NCBI RefSeq assembly: GCF_009914755.1 | Contig: NC_060933.1 | Source of the DNA: the human T2T-CHM13v2.0 reference genome, Homo sapiens | DNA: 64,000 nt | Strand: one strand, 5' to 3' | Notes under the pieces: generated by a model | What the model saw: only the letters and a program-made list of their open reading frames with translations | What the model was told of the DNA's origin: nothing | Database searches by the model: none | Part shown: positions 1-14,505 of the stretch, one piece after another | Layout: each line of letters starts with the position of its first letter | Numbering within the stretch: the first letter of the stretch is position 1 | Position numbers and translations under genes: made by a program

Positions 1-73
1 TTTTGAATCACTAACTCCATGTTGTATAAAATATATATGATTTATGAATCATTTTCTTTTAAAACCCATTCAG

Positions 74-146
74 CCTAGCACTGAAGTGGAAGATCCTGCT
101 GTGAAAGGAGCAGTACAAAGAAAGAATGTACAGACATTGAGAGCAG
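74..146 (+). CDS. ANKRD20A: ANKRD20A-family internal coding exon (PSTEVEDPAVKGAVQRKNVQTLRA)
   Basis: cag acceptor 71-73 and gt donor at 147. The 73-nt exon translates to a peptide I recognise from ANKRD20A proteins and joins in phase (G+AA=Glu) to the exon at 6120. Paralog number not resolvable. Confidence 0.9.
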
Positions 147-1639
147 GTACATTTAATGGAATACTGGAAATAAGTACATTCAATGATTGGAAGTACTCAC
201 ATTATTCTTATTCCTAATTCTATTTGTTCAAAATTGAATGGAAGGCATTGACATAAATGTTATTGTTGGTATCCATATTTGAATAAAAATAAATTTAGAA
301 GCATAAAAAAGATTTTAAAAATGTAAGCTTTAACTCAGATGTTTCTCTTTTAATGTTTTTGAATAGCATGAAGTTTTCAGTATAAAATTTTTATACCTGT
401 CAGGGATTCAAAGCAGTGAATTTTGAGACTCTAAGATATTTCCAATGAGTTAAGTGCTACTTGGAGTTCTGAACTTTACCTAGAGGAAAGCTTTACTTAT
501 TAACATGTCAGATTCTGTTTTAACTTTAGAGGCTTGCTGCTAGTGTTATTACACTGATGATCTGAAGCCAATCAGATGTTCTAATGAGCAAGACTGTGTG
601 TGTAGGTGTATATATAGCTGTGTGTATGTGTGTGTTTGTGGTATCTTTGACTATTAAAAATGAGGAAAGTAATGATTCATTTATAACTGGTAGACACAGT
701 CTTTTAAAATGGTGATTTTGAGACTTTTTGGTGTTAAGGTTTTTAAAACATGATTGCATAGAGGCTACCGACATCATAAGTTGGTTGTTTTTCATTTCAA
801 TGCCCTTTTGAAATCTTTAACTATATTGTGATGCTCAGAAATAATATGCAGAATTTTTTATTTGTGTCCCAAAATGGTATGTGAGTGGTTATACACTTTA
901 CATACCTTTCTGCCACTTTCTTTGGTGTATTTTGTATTATATTTTCCAGATGTATCCACATTGATATGATTATCTCTGGTTTAATTCATTTTACACTTTT
1001 CATTGTATTCCCTTATACCACTTTACCACATTTAGTTAGACTCTCCTGTTGCTGATAAATGAAGAAAGAAAGAAAAATAAAAATAATGTCAGATTAAGTG
1101 GGCTTTTCTTTAATCAGTTTGTATCTATTAATATTTACTATATGAGAGTTTAAAGTTGAAAAGTTCAGAATACAAGCATGCACCACCATATTTTATAAAT
1201 GCCCTTAGAACTGTGACTCATGAGCCTTTAGCCTATGAAGTTAGGGCAATTCATTTCTCTGAAGAAGTTTGTTGTGCTGTTCTCAGAAAAGAAAACTGAA
1301 AATAGCAAATGATATTGTCTTATTTGACCTCTTGGACATCTTTGAATGAAACTGCAACTCCAGGGATACTCAGATCAAAATTCAGAACTAATGTTTTGAA
1401 CAATATAGTTTGTGAATGTCCAGTGGATCATGAGCCCTTGATGGGAAAATGACCTTTCAAGTTTCACTTTTGCATTTTTTGCTCTTTTCCTTGACTTGTC
1501 TTAAAAGCTTAAATTCAACCATTTTATTTTTACAGAAACCGGGAATATAACTTTTAAAATTTATGTCTGTCCTGTCTCACGGTGTTGTGTACTCTTCAGA
1601 TCTTGTGTGAATATAGACTTATGTGGGAACAATTAGGTG

Positions 1640-1939
1640 TTTTGTTTGTTTGTGTTTTTGAGACAGAGTCTTGCTCTGTCACCAAGGCTGCAGTGCAGTG
1701 GCTCGGTCTTGACTCATTACCACCTCTGCCTCTCGGGTTCAAGCAATTCTCCTGCCTCAGCCCCTCGAGTAGCTGATACTACCTGCATGTGCTACCATAC
1801 CCTGCTAAATTCTCCATTTTTAGTAGAGATGGGGTTTCACCATGTTGGCCAGGCTGCTCTCAAACTCCTGATCTCAGGTGATCTGCCTGCCTCAGCTTGC
1901 CAGTATGCTGGGATTACAGGCAGGAGCCACTGTGCCAGG
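1640..1939 (-). mobile_element. Alu
   Basis: Reverse-oriented Alu: T-rich tail, gagacagagtcttgctctgtc...gctgggattacaggc...agccactgtgcc. Confidence 0.9.
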
Positions 1940-3692
1940 TACAAATAAGATTTTTAAGGCTATTATATTTTATACAATTCTTTGGTCTATGTGAATTCTG
2001 AAGGTATTCATGCATTGAGGGAAGATCATCTCAGTTTAATGAAAGCAGTTTTTAATGTATATTCATTAAAAATTTTTTTGAAGTTTTTGTCTCTAGTACA
2101 CAGAAACACACAATATTGTCATGGGTATTTGACCTTAATGTGTTTATGCACAAACTTAGTTATTCAAATATTTTCTTATCCCTGAAGAATCCTAATTATT
2201 AATAAAAAAATTTCTCATGGAAAACAACATATATAATAGAGATTGTTGAGTGATAAAGTAAATTGTAGTAAATAACAGAAGCTTAGAACAAGTTAAGTAA
2301 ACTTGTCTGAGTTAATAGCAATTACAGGACTTTTAAGATACATTAGACCATGAGGGAGTAGTGTGTTTGTGGGGTAGAGGACATCATGGTCCTGCTTCAG
2401 TGAAGAAAGAACTTTTACACCTTATTACAATTTGTATTACTATTTACATTCTAATAAAAACTTTATTTTCAGATATTTTAGATTATGTTTCTACTAGTTG
2501 AACCATCAATAGTAAGACTTTTCAAAGATTTGGGAAGTTGTGAGTTGATGATAAATATCTGTATCACCATTCGTGATCAAAAATCAGACAGCAACTACAA
2601 GACTTTGGACACACGAACTTCATAGTTAAAGAAAGGATTAATCTTGGAGCTGTGTTTTTATCAGGGAATTATACTCTTCATTACCTCTGTGAATCGCACT
2701 TATTAGAGTAGAAAGAGAGCAAAGAAGGGAAACAAACATAGAAAATTTTATTCTAGATTACCTCAGTTGGCTTCATGCTACCATAGTTCTGGCTTTTAAA
2801 AAGTCATTTTGTGGTCAAATGTACTTTGTGTTTACTCCCTTTATGCAGCCTACAACCAAACAAAATGCTTCTTAGCAAGGCATTTGTATTCTTCCCTTAA
2901 GGAAAGCAACATATAAATAACAAAGAGAATGAGGAGAAAGAGTAATTTCATTGAAGTTGGTATTTAACATAAATTTGTGTGCGGGTACCATGATTATATT
3001 TAGAATTTTGGGCCTGGAATAGAAAACCAGCTAGACGTCTACAGATTTCCTACTCAAACACAATGTGCCTTTGTTTTATTTTTACATCTGTAATTTTGCA
3101 ATTATTAGGTACAACTGTATGCAGTGTCACTAAAAATACCTTCCAAAACCAAATATTAAATAATGCCTATGGTTTTCTGCATTATAATGTTGATTTCCCC
3201 AATATTAATGGGAACCATTGAGCATTTGCCTTGTGGTGTCTCCTCAGCTGTATTCACACATTCCATCACCTTGTCTTAATGGATAATCATGCACTATGAG
3301 TATGGGTTTTCAGAAGAGCTGTATCATTTAAAGATAACACAGGAGCATCAAATTTAATTCTGCTAGAATACCTGGTCTATTGATTAACTGCAGCTAATAT
3401 GGGGTCTACTTCACATACAAGTTAAATTCAGTGCCCTTAATCAGTCATATGGTCATGTCAACAGTAATAAATTATGCAATATTTTTTCACCCCTATAGTT
3501 TTAATTTCTCTTTCCCCTTATGTCTAGAATTAACATTTTATTTTACAAAACATGATGATAATCTTCTAGAGTAGTGATGACAAAGTATAAATCCAAAGTT
3601 TCTTACCTATGCAAATGACTTGTTTGCTTCTATTTTCTCATGAGCTTGGTAGATTCAGGAAACAGAACTTTTAAAACAAAATCCCCATATGT

Positions 3693-4020
<328 letters not shown>

Positions 4021-4314
4021 ACCACAAAACCCAAATGCATTTCCTTGGCACAGTAAAACTGAAACAGAAAAAGTGTAAAGTAAATACAAGTAACTGAAAC
4101 AGTTTATGTATATTATTTTACTTCTCATTTGATAAAATTTGTAAAGTAATGAGCAGAGTGTATTTCTCCAGGGACCCAGATATATACATTTATTCATTCA
4201 ATAAAAATTCATGCTTACAATGGCCACTGATACTTATGTCCTAAATATTTCTGAAAACATCTCCTCAGGCCTGCATCATCTTTGCAACACTGCCTTATAT
4301 TTTATCTTTGTTCA

Positions 4315-4757
<443 letters not shown>

Positions 4758-5304
4758 GAAACTGATTTCTGCCCAAATCTCCATCTGTAGCCCTTTCCCC
4801 ATCTGCCTTTTTCTCTGGAATTACTGAGCTGCTGGTAATGGCCCCCTCACCATTCCTCTTTTGCAGAGAAATACATACTCTCTTGGAGGCTTCTCTCCCT
4901 CTCTTGTTGCTGCCTGGCATGTGCTCACCCTTTCCTGCCCTCTGCCTCACTTAATCTGGCTAACCTTACTCTCTAAGTCTCAGCTCATGCATGATCTTTA
5001 GGAAAGCCATCCCTGACAGCTTTTATTTTCCTTCCTTATACCCCAGTGCCTAACACTTAGCAGGAACTCAATAAGTAATTATTTAGCAAAATTAAGACTG
5101 TTTATACAAAGATGATTCAAAAGATTGTCCTCTACAGTCTAACAGCAAAGGGGATCAACATGTAAAGACATGATGTGCAGTTCAGGTGGTAAAGTGACGC
5201 TGGAAAATTTGACAAAGTACTAAGGGACTCCAACGAAGCAGACACCTGTGTGTGTGGAGAAAGACAGCTAGAATCAAGGAGGACTTCACACAGCATTCTG
5301 AGCC

Positions 5305-5606
5305 TTTTTTTTTTTTTCTTTTTCTGTTGTTGGAGACAAGTTCTTACTCTGTCACCCAGGGTGGAGTGCAATGGTGTGATCGAGACTCACTGCAACCTCA
5401 AACTCCTGGGCTCGAGGGATCTTCTCACCTAAGCTTCTTGAGTAGCTGGGACTACAGGCACATATCACCATACCTGTCCAATTTTTTGTAGAGTCAAGGT
5501 TATCTATGGTTCCCAGGCTGGTCTTAAACTCCTGGCCTTGAACAATTCCCCCATTTTGGCCTTCCAAAGTGCTGGGATTACAGATGTGAGCTATTATGCC
5601 CAGCCT
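5305..5606 (-). mobile_element. Alu (old, J-like)
   Basis: Poly-T followed by a diverged reverse Alu, flanked by ttctgag repeats. Confidence 0.88.
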
Positions 5607-6119
5607 ACTTTCTGAGTCTTAAAAGATGGAAATAAATTTTTCAGAATAGTAGGGGAAAACATTTGCGATGTAAAAAATGGGGTGCACACTAATTAAGGTA
5701 TAAACAACAATAATTTTGCAAATTATTAGTAACTGCCAACTCAATTAGTGTCTTGTTAAAAAGATACTGTTATGAAGTAAAGTGTTACATTGTATATTTT
5801 GACTGTATTTCAAAATTTTGTTTTGTTTCTAACAGTTTTGTTGATTTATGTTGGGTGGAACAATTTGTGAGTGACCCTGAGATTTCATATGGCTTGAACC
5901 TGGTGATATCTAATGTCTCCCCAAGTGGTTTGTTGAAGTTTTGGATGATTAGAAGTATTTCTTAAAGAACTAAATATTTCAGTAAACATTAAGCTTCATT
6001 GAAACTCTCAAAATATAAAATACAAAGAAATGTTATTCTCTATTTATTTTTATATAGATTATAGTCTTTATCTAACTGTTCTTAGTTCATTTGAACTAAA
6101 CCAATGAATTTGTCAACAG

Positions 6120-6190
6120 AACAAGCCTTACCAGTGGCTTCAGAGGAAGAGCAAGAAAGGCATGAAAGAAGTGAAAAGAAGCAACCACAG
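6120..6190 (+). CDS. ANKRD20A: ANKRD20A-family exon (EQALPVASEEEQERHERSEKKQPQ)
   Basis: tcaacag acceptor, CAG|gtatat donor, 71 nt, phase 1 to 0; resembles ANKRD26 LEVASEEEQERE...NNQPQ. Confidence 0.9.
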
Positions 6191-7392
6191 GTATATGAAA
6201 ATTCAAGTTTCTTGTTTAATATTGGGTTTTGTTTTTTTGCTTCAGTAACAAAGCATAGTCCAAATGACATGACCTTTTAGACTATACCTTTAGAATCCGA
6301 TAGATCATAATTTTATATTTAATTTTTAAAACATCTTAACCAGTTATGAAACTTAAGATATTCTTACTATCTCTAGTAACTATTAGTTATTCTGGTAATT
6401 CTTACTATCTCTAGTAACTCATAGCTGTCTTTACCCTTGGAATTGAGGCAAGACATTTTCAGAATTATCTTGCTCTTTTATTGTTATAACCTTACTCATA
6501 ATACAGAAGGTAACATGAAATATTGGGTCATATTATTAAGGAATAGAAATTGTGAACAATTTAACAATGATGGCCACTGAGTTAAACTAGTGTTAAAGGA
6601 GTCATCATTGCCAGTGGTTCAAATGTTGCAGTTTTATATTGCTGGTCACCAGTGCCGAGGTTAAAGATTTATTCTGTTTTGTGGTCACCATTTGACTTCT
6701 GTGTCTGTGTTCAGGGAGTGAATGGGGTCATAAAAGTCAACCCAGTTGCCTATTAAGAGAATCCTACCTTGTGGAATGGGACCTTTGGTGTCAGGGTACA
6801 AACAATAACTTTATTTTGACATAAATACAGAGTAAATGTTACTAAAATTTAAAAAATCCATCCACTATCACTAGTGGAACTTAAAATATATTAGAAGTGG
6901 ATATAAGCAGATAATCCATCTAGATACATAACACTATCATAGTATATTATTTGAATTAGAATTTAAAATTTTGCTTCCCTTTCTTATTGGTGTTCAGTTT
7001 GGCTCTTAATAATTCAGTGTTTGCCTAGTCTGTAGTTAATCTTCAGAAATATACACGTACTGTAGGGGCTCACTTTTTCTGGTATGCTGAGGTAAAATCT
7101 TTGTAAGAGAGGAAGATTTTATAATACTACCTATCAGCTTTGAATTCATTTCTGGTAGATTTTACACATAATGCATTAAGTTTAATCCAAACAAATGCTA
7201 AGCGTTCAGCTTGCCAGTTCATATTTCTGTCCTATGTTAAGCCAAGGCAAATTATTTTTCACTTTTTAGTTACAATCCCATAATTTAAGAGTGGCAACAC
7301 ATAGATTAAGTTTCACAGTTAAATTTTAATTATTTTCTAGTATTTTTGTTTATACTTGATTAAAGCTAATTTTAAAACATGCACTCTGACAG

Positions 7393-8504
7393 AAAAGGCA
7401 TCTGAGAAACAAAACAAGCAAATTTGTTTTCCATTTTGCACCTGCCCAAAAAAAAAAAAAAAGTCTCAAGAACCAGAACTGGGTAAGAATTGTGATAAAG
7501 GGAATAATCTGTCTGTATATTCACGACTTTCTTTAAAATTCATTACAAACAAGTTCAAGCTGAATATTGGTGAAAGTTTTGAAAACTCCAGAATTACTGC
7601 TTGCCCTGAGGAAGAGCTCCTACATAGTAACTCTAAAGAGGGACGAACAAAAAAGGAGTGCCCTCTAATCTGATGAATCAGGTCCCTGATTGTGAGGAGG
7701 AAGATGCATCTGGAGGGTCTAACTCTGTGGCATTCCAGGCAGCACCTGAACAGAGGAAGCCCATGTCAAATGTCTTTTTATTCCATTCATACTCCAGGTC
7801 CCTGAAATACAGTTACCAGTCATCTTCTAAGCTTCATTTAAATGAAAATAAATCAGACTATAAAAATGATAGCAAACCAGACACATAGCTTGTTTCTAAC
7901 ACAGATGATGAAAATTTTTGTAATGATACTGAAACCAAAAAATTAAGGAACCCAGTAATTATGATTGAAATGAAAGATGATTAAGAGTTTGACATGCAAA
8001 TGGCAAAAAATGTAAACCCAGATACCACTAATTGGAAATTGGACATTAGGCATTGGCCTCAGTCTAGAGATCCAGAAAGTCTTTTTGATTTGTTGTTTAC
8101 CCACCCCAAAGAAATGAAGCATATGATTCAGATAGAAAGCCACAGTATTTCTGCTGCTACAGATACTTATAAAAACAGAAAACCAATACAGCGTTTATTC
8201 CAGCAGCCACTATATGGCAATCCCAGTGCTAACAACTACAGAAGCATGAATCTTGAATTATAAAATGTGAGTTATTCTTTGCCACATAGTGAGAGAACAT
8301 CAAAAATATAGCTAGAAGACTTATGGGAAGATATTCCAAGGTCACCAACATGGCACATGAATAGATATGTAACAAACCTGCATGTTGTGCACATGTACCA
8401 GAACTTAAAGTATAATAATAATTAAAAAAAAGAATGAGGTAGGCATGTTACAAGTTGAGTTCCTGGCTTTGGAGAAAAGCAAGTCCAACTTCAAAAAGAC
8501 AGAG
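7393..8504 (+). pseudogene. Degenerate large exon homologous to the CCDC144A-type big exon (skipped/dead)
   Basis: Peptide fragments in shifting frames (ITACPEEELL; VPDCEEEDAS...QSSSKLHLNENK; RNPVIMIEMKDD*EFDMQMAKN; NEVGMLQVEFLALEK) resemble recalled CCDC144A sequence. Contains stops, frameshifts, an expanded A-run at ~7447-7462 and an L1 fragment. ag acceptor 7391-92, weak gttcac donor at 8505. Confidence 0.7.
8343..8432 (+). mobile_element. L1PA 3'-end fragment inside the dead exon
   Basis: caccaacatggcacatg...gtaacaaacctgcatgttgtgcacatgtacc..aacttaaagtataataa plus poly-A. Confidence 0.85.
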
Positions 8505-10248
8505 GTTCACTTGCTGCTTCTTTTTCCTCTTTATCAATTATTTGATTTAGTCAAATTTTCTATTCAAGAAAATGTCATGTGTACAGTTACAGTGGGGTTA
8601 TCTAAATGTGTAATTATGTGTCAAAGTAGATTAGTTCTGCTATCTAAATAATGGTTCTGGAGAATGTTCTCATAATGTTTGTTCATTAATCAACCTATGT
8701 CTCACTATCAGTCTTCCAAGTGGCGTATGAGCTGGGAAACCAATTAAGCCACATACCATGTGACCTTCTGAACCAGATCAACATAAAGAAATTGCTAAAG
8801 AAACAAGCTCTAGATTCTAGATTCTTTTTTCTTGTATTCATTTAGAGATGATTTACATTTATTTAATGATAGAATGGGAATACAATGGGAGGGAAGCAAT
8901 GACTGAGACAAGCCACAAAAACACGTCTAGCCTTGAGAGTTGCAACGAATATTCCCAGCCAAATGAGTCTGTTTAATGTGTTTTCATGCATGCAAGTTTA
9001 TCTGCTTAGCTCGAACTGTTTGAACTTACAGTCCCATCATGGTTATTTCCAATATTTTTGAAAACAAACATATACTTACACATATTTTAAAAAATCACCA
9101 CTCTGCAATATTTCTGTTGAATCAGACCTTACGTTATGTTGTTTAATAAAGTATGGTAAGTTTTGGCATGTATGATTTTTATCATATAAGAAGCATAATT
9201 TCTTAGCCAAAAATTTAGCCTTTGACTCTAGTAGAAAGTTGAGTTCTGTACATTGTGTTCTAAAGATAGACAAAAATCTAGAGATTTTCTTCTTTCAAAG
9301 TAAAAGCAGATGAGGCCTTTTTCCACCCTCTGAGGCATTAAATTGCTTTGCTCAAGTTAGACTTTTAATATATCTAATTTGATAAATTTATCTGGTAATT
9401 TATGTAATTCAGCAATATGGAATTGTATCATGTTATATGGTGCCATGAAATGCTAGTGAATGCCACCTCAAGAGCTCTGGATGAAACATTTAATATGTCT
9501 TGGTTGGTTTGACTCCCATTATCAGTAGATAATGGGGTTAAAGTAGGTAACTGTACCATATGTTTTCCACCTATAAACTTTTGTGGTAATTGAATGTGAA
9601 ATCTGGGAAGCATCTCATTTTCCAGAATTCTGCACTAGAAACTCAGCAGTTTCACTCTGCTTCTTTTGTTGTGGCAAACGTTGGTTCCCATAATTCAAAG
9701 AGAACCTTTACTTTTTTGATATCACAGGATTCAAAAAAAAAAAAAGAGAGATAAAAGGCAGTGGGGAAAAGAGTAGCTCAGTACAGAAAAGGGAAAACTT
9801 CTTTACTGTTCCTGAAGGCCTACAAGGTCACATCCTCTTAATCTGGCTATTTCATGTAAAATCCAGGTAGTAAAGACAGAAGACATATGTTATGCCTGTG
9901 TCCTTTTATTTCTCTGTTTCTGCCAGCCAGATAGCATAAAAATTTATACCAGATAGCAAAGAGTGGATGGGAATAAAAGCACAAAATGGAGAAGAGCCCT
10001 TTTTGAAATTTTAGAAAATGCTTCTATTCCCTCAAACAGAAATGAGCAGATTTGACAAAAATTTCGATGATAAAATAAGAGTATCTTATAATTATAATAA
10101 TTATGTATAATGATAAAATTAAAGTAAGCACAAAATACTTTTATCATTAAAGTGGTGATAGTTAACCTGAATCAAGTAAAAAAAATCAGGGAAAAAGTTC
10201 TTTTTATTGAATAAAATAATAACAATTATTATTCATCTTTTATTAAAG

Positions 10249-10412
10249 GTCAAAGAAGGAAATAATACAAACAAAAGTGAAAAAATACAACTTTCAGAAA
10301 ATATATGTGATAGTACATCTTCTGCTGCTGCTGGCAGATTAACCCAACAAAGAAAGATTGGGAAAACGTATCCTCAGCAATTTCCCAAGAAGCTGAAGGA
10401 AGAGCATGATAG
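10249..10412 (+). CDS. ANKRD20A: ANKRD20A-family exon (VKEGNNTNKSEKIQLSENICDS...KEEHDR)
   Basis: ttaaag acceptor, AG|gtaagc donor, 164 nt, phase 0 to 2; matches ORF track 10207-10416. Confidence 0.9.
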
Positions 10413-10428
10413 GTAAGCCTATAGCAGT

Positions 10429-10766
<338 letters not shown>

Positions 10767-10889
10767 GCCTATAGCAGTATTTCACAGGAGATAATTGTCA
10801 TTGTGCTATAAACTAATTGAAAATTGGACTAATATTCCTTATGATTAACAAGTTTTATATTTTTACCAGGGGTATTTAGCCCTGCCTGG

Positions 10890-11140
10890 TAATCAGAAAA
10901 ATGCAAATTAACATAAAATAAGATATATTTTGTAAAGTCATGCTGATATTTAAAAAGTAATTATTAGTGTTGGCAAATGTGAGGAAAAAGGCATTCTCAT
11001 ACACTGTTGGTATAGGAAATTAGTAAATTATTTCTGAAGGGTAACTTAGTGCTGTGTATCAAAATTTCAAATAGCCTGACGTCCCTTTAACTCAACAACT
11101 CCACTTCTGGGGCTAGATTTCACAGGAAAACATAACTGGT
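10890..11140 (+). mobile_element. Old L1 (L1M) ORF2-end fragment
   Basis: aatcagaaaaatgcaaattaa...tgttggcaaatgtgaggaaaaaggcattctcatacactgttggt motif. Confidence 0.6.
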
Positions 11141-11838
11141 GTAAACATACACACACTTATTAATATATAATTAACATGCATTAATTATATATTACACATA
11201 ATGAACAATAGGTTAATGAATATATAAAATATATGTAATAAGAAGGTGAATTGAAAGTATTAAGAAAGAAATATAAAAAGTGTGGGGAAACAGATGTTAG
11301 ACTCTTTAGCCTAGTTTTGGATGACAGTCATCTGCAGATATAGTTTGTGTGAGAGACATCTGAAGGTGTCATCTCACTCTGTAAATCATTTGGAGAAACA
11401 CCTGCAATATTTCATAAAGATGAAAATTTATTTCTAGTGAACTTATATGCTTGTCAATAAATAGTAACTTTAAAAATTTAGTTGATTATAAATGATCTTT
11501 TCTAATTAGGGAGTAATTATGACTGTGTGATTTAAAAAGGTAATTTTGAACCTGTAACTTTACTGAATTATCTCTGGTATCCTTTTTTATAATGTATATT
11601 AGAGTGACTAGTAACAAAAACTTTAGCAGAATATTCTTTCCTTACTACTTTTCAAGTATATGCATTCATTTGAAGATGTTGAAGTGAGAAATTAAATATC
11701 TGAGAACTGCAAAGGAAAAATAATCCAGAACATAGAAATTTTGTTAGGATAATAAACAACATCTGCAGAGGTAGATAACAGGATGAACTCCTTATTTTTT
11801 AACAAAATGAATTTTAAGATAAATGTCTTTATCTGCAG

Positions 11839-12019
11839 ATGCACCTTAAAACAAGAAAATGAAGAAAAAACAAATGTTAATATGCTGTACAAAAAAAATA
11901 GAGAAGAATTAGAAAGGAAAGAGAAACAATATAAGAAAGAAGTTGAAGCAAAACAACTTGAACCAACTCTTCAGTCACTAGAGATGAAATCAAAGACTGC
12001 AAGAAATACTCCAAATCGG
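11839..12019 (+). CDS. ANKRD20A: ANKRD20A-family exon (CTLKQENEEKTNVNMLYKK...ARNTPNR)
   Basis: ctgcag acceptor, CGG|gtaaat donor, 181 nt, phase 2 to 0. Confidence 0.9.
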
Positions 12020-13187
12020 GTAAATCAATCTTTGGTAAAAATTCTATATTTTAAACTTTATCTTATCACTGTTACTTATAATATCCACTTGATTTAATAT
12101 ATATTGTTTAGGTCTAAAACCATAAATGTTATCTCATTTTTAAAAATGAATGATGACACTTACAGGTACAATTGTTAATATTTATTATAAATCTTGGCAT
12201 CCACATAGGATATTATTTTATTACAAAGAGCTTTTGAAAACAATAATATGCCATAATTTATACTTAGTGATAACCTATTGATAAAAATTTTGTTCCAGGT
12301 AAAATTTTTCCTTGTACTTTCCCCTATTTCATATTGATTACTGCACCTAATATTATAAAGAGGAAACAGAAATTATTGCAATCGCAAATAATCTCATGAT
12401 ATTCTAAGAAGAGCTCTATAAATTTTATCTTATTTACTATTGGCGTTTTGAAATAAAAGTTTTCTTTCGTATTGATGTATTTACACCACAGAAGTAACTG
12501 TGATCTGTTGGAGAACTAGAAGTAGAGTCAGAAGTCCTGGGGAAAATCCTGTAGCTTGCTTATATTTTTAACATTTCTTTTTCAAAATCGTGGTAACTAG
12601 ATGAGTTCATCAATGAATGTATATAGGAGTGACTAGTATAATGTCTAGTTTATGATTTAGTGAATGTAATTCTTATAACTGACTATAAAAGTGTTAAAAG
12701 AGTCAAACTGAAATAGAATGTTATCAGTGAAACAGAAGTGTAATAACTCTGGGAAATTTTATCTGTCCAAATACGTGTGAACAAAAGTTCTTACTATAGG
12801 GTGGTGTATGGGTTAGATATCAAAGTGTAAATGCAATTTTTTGATATATCTTAATTTAGCCAAATTTGTTAATGCTTTAATTTATGCTTTTGAGTTTGTT
12901 GTAATTCAGGTAAAGGCTTTTCCAATTCTGATATTCTTAAAAATTCTCTGGGGTGTGTGTGTGTGTTTACTTTTATAAATTCATTGACTCTAAATACATT
13001 TCTGAACTTTCTGGAATTTATGCTCTATAAGGTTCAAAGTTTTGCTTCAACTTTTTCTCCAGGTGGATATCCACTTATGGTAAACTTTTTAGTGGTACGG
13101 ATGTGCAGGTTATTCTTTAACTTCAGAGGTAATCATGATATGTTATTTTATTGAGTACTAGCTAAAACTTTCTTTTGTTTTATTTAG

Positions 13188-14162
13188 GATTTTCATAATC
13201 ATGAAGAAATGAAAGGTCTGATGGATGAAAATTGCATTTTGAAGGCAGATATTGCTATACTCAGACAGGAAATATGTACAATGAAAAATGACAACTTGGA
13301 AAAAGAAAATAAATATCTTAAGGACATTAAAATTGTTAAAGAAACAAATGCTGCCCTTGAAAAGTATATAAAACTCAATGAGGAAATGATAACAGAAACA
13401 GCATTCCGGTATCAACAAGAGCTTAATGATCTCAAGGCTGAGAATACAAGGCTCAATGCCGAACTGTTGAAGGAAAAAGAAAGCAAGAAAAGACTGGAAG
13501 CTGACATTGAATCTTATCAGTCTAGACTGGCTGCTGCTATAAGCAAACACAGTGAAAGTGTGAAAACAGAAAGAAACCTAAAACTTGCTTTAGAGAGAAC
13601 ACAAGATGTTTCTGTACAAGTAGAAATGAGTTCTGCTATTTCCAAAGTAAAAGCTGAGAATGAGTTTCTTACTGAACAACTTTCTGAAACACAAATTAAA
13701 TTCAATACCTTAAAAGATAAGTTCCGTAAGACAAGAGATAGTCTCAGAAAAAAGTCATTGGCTTTAGAAACTGTACAAAACGACCTAAGCCAAACACAGC
13801 AGCAAACACAGGAAATGAAAGAGATGTATCAAAATGCAGAAGCTAAAGTGAATAATTCCACTGGAAAGTGGAACTGTGTAGAAGAGAGGATATGTCACCT
13901 CCAACGTGAAAATGCGTGGCTTGTACAGCAACTAGATGACGTTCATCAGAAAGAGGATCATAAAGAGACAGTAACTAATATCCAAAGAGGCTTTATTGAG
14001 AGTGGAAAGAAAGACCTCGTGCTAGAAGAGAAAAGTAAGAAGCTAACGAATGAATGTGATCATTTAAAAGAAAGTCTCTTTCAGTATGAGAGAGAGAAAA
14101 CAGAAGGAGTAGTAAGTATCAAGGAAGATAAATATTTTCAAACTTCTAGAAAGAAAATTTAA
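13188..14162 (+). CDS. ANKRD20A: ANKRD20A-family large coiled-coil (CCDC144C-type) exon, terminal in the short form (DFHNHEEMKGLMDENC...FQTSRKKI*)
   Basis: tttag acceptor 13186-87; open frame to TAA 14160-62. It reads through an internal GTAAGT donor at 14112. Matches the recalled ANKRD20A C-terminus. Confidence 0.92.
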   Translation, partial: DFHNHEEMKGLMDENCILKADIAILRQEICTMKNDNLEKENKYLKDIKIVKETNAALEKYIKLNEEMITETAFRYQQELNDLKAENTRLNAELLKEKESKKRLEADIESYQSRLAAAISKHSESVKTERNLKLALERTQDVSVQVEMSSAISKVKAENEFLTEQLSETQIKFNTLKDKFRKTRDSLRKKSLALETVQNDLSQTQQQTQEMKEMYQNAEAKVNNSTGKWNCVEERICHLQRENAWLVQQLDDVHQKEDHKETVTNIQRGFIESGKKDLVLEEKSKKLTNECDHLKESLFQYEREKTEGVVSIKEDKYFQTSRKKI

Positions 14163-14227
14163 ACATTTGGTTCTGGATACATGTTGAACTTAGTTGAATA
14201 TAAAAATCTAGATTACAAGTGTGTTTA

Positions 14228-14505
14228 CCATACTGTATAATTCCATTTACATGAAGCATCCAGAAAAGATAAATGTATAGGGACAAAAAGTAGATTCATG
14301 TTTGCAAGGGGCTGGGGCTGGAAGCTGGTAGTGACTGCTAATGGGCATGAGGAATCTTACAGTGATGGAAATGCTCTAAAGTTGGATTGTAGAGATGGCT
14401 GCACAACTCAGTAAATGTACTAAAAATCTTTTAACTTTAAGTTAAAACAGATACATTCTATAGTATGTAAATTATATTTCAACAAAGCTGTTTTAATAAA
14501 AAAAG
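14228..14505 (+). mobile_element. Old L1M (L1MB/ME-type) 3' end
   Basis: tactgtataattccattt...gatggaaatgctctaaagttggattgt..gatggctgcacaactc...gtatgtaaattatatttcaacaaagctgtt plus A-tail. Confidence 0.75.
14495..14500 (+). terminator. Putative poly(A) signal AATAAA for the short ANKRD20A transcript (second AATAAA at 14555-14560)
   Basis: AATAAA about 330 nt after the stop codon, at the 3' end of an old sense-strand L1 fragment. Confidence 0.55.

Noticed and set aside
950-978. 29-nt ag...gt segment resembling the 29-nt repeat exons of the ANKRD30/36/20 family
   Set aside because: In-frame TGA, poor donor (gtttaa) and no recognisable peptide; the flanking exons join without it. At most a fossil.
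2473-2511. Exon-like ttttcag...gtaaga segment
   Set aside because: No recognisable homology and not needed for the reading frame.
6360-6419. 22-bp direct repeat attcttactatctctagtaact
   Set aside because: Simple local slippage duplication in an intron with no sign of function.
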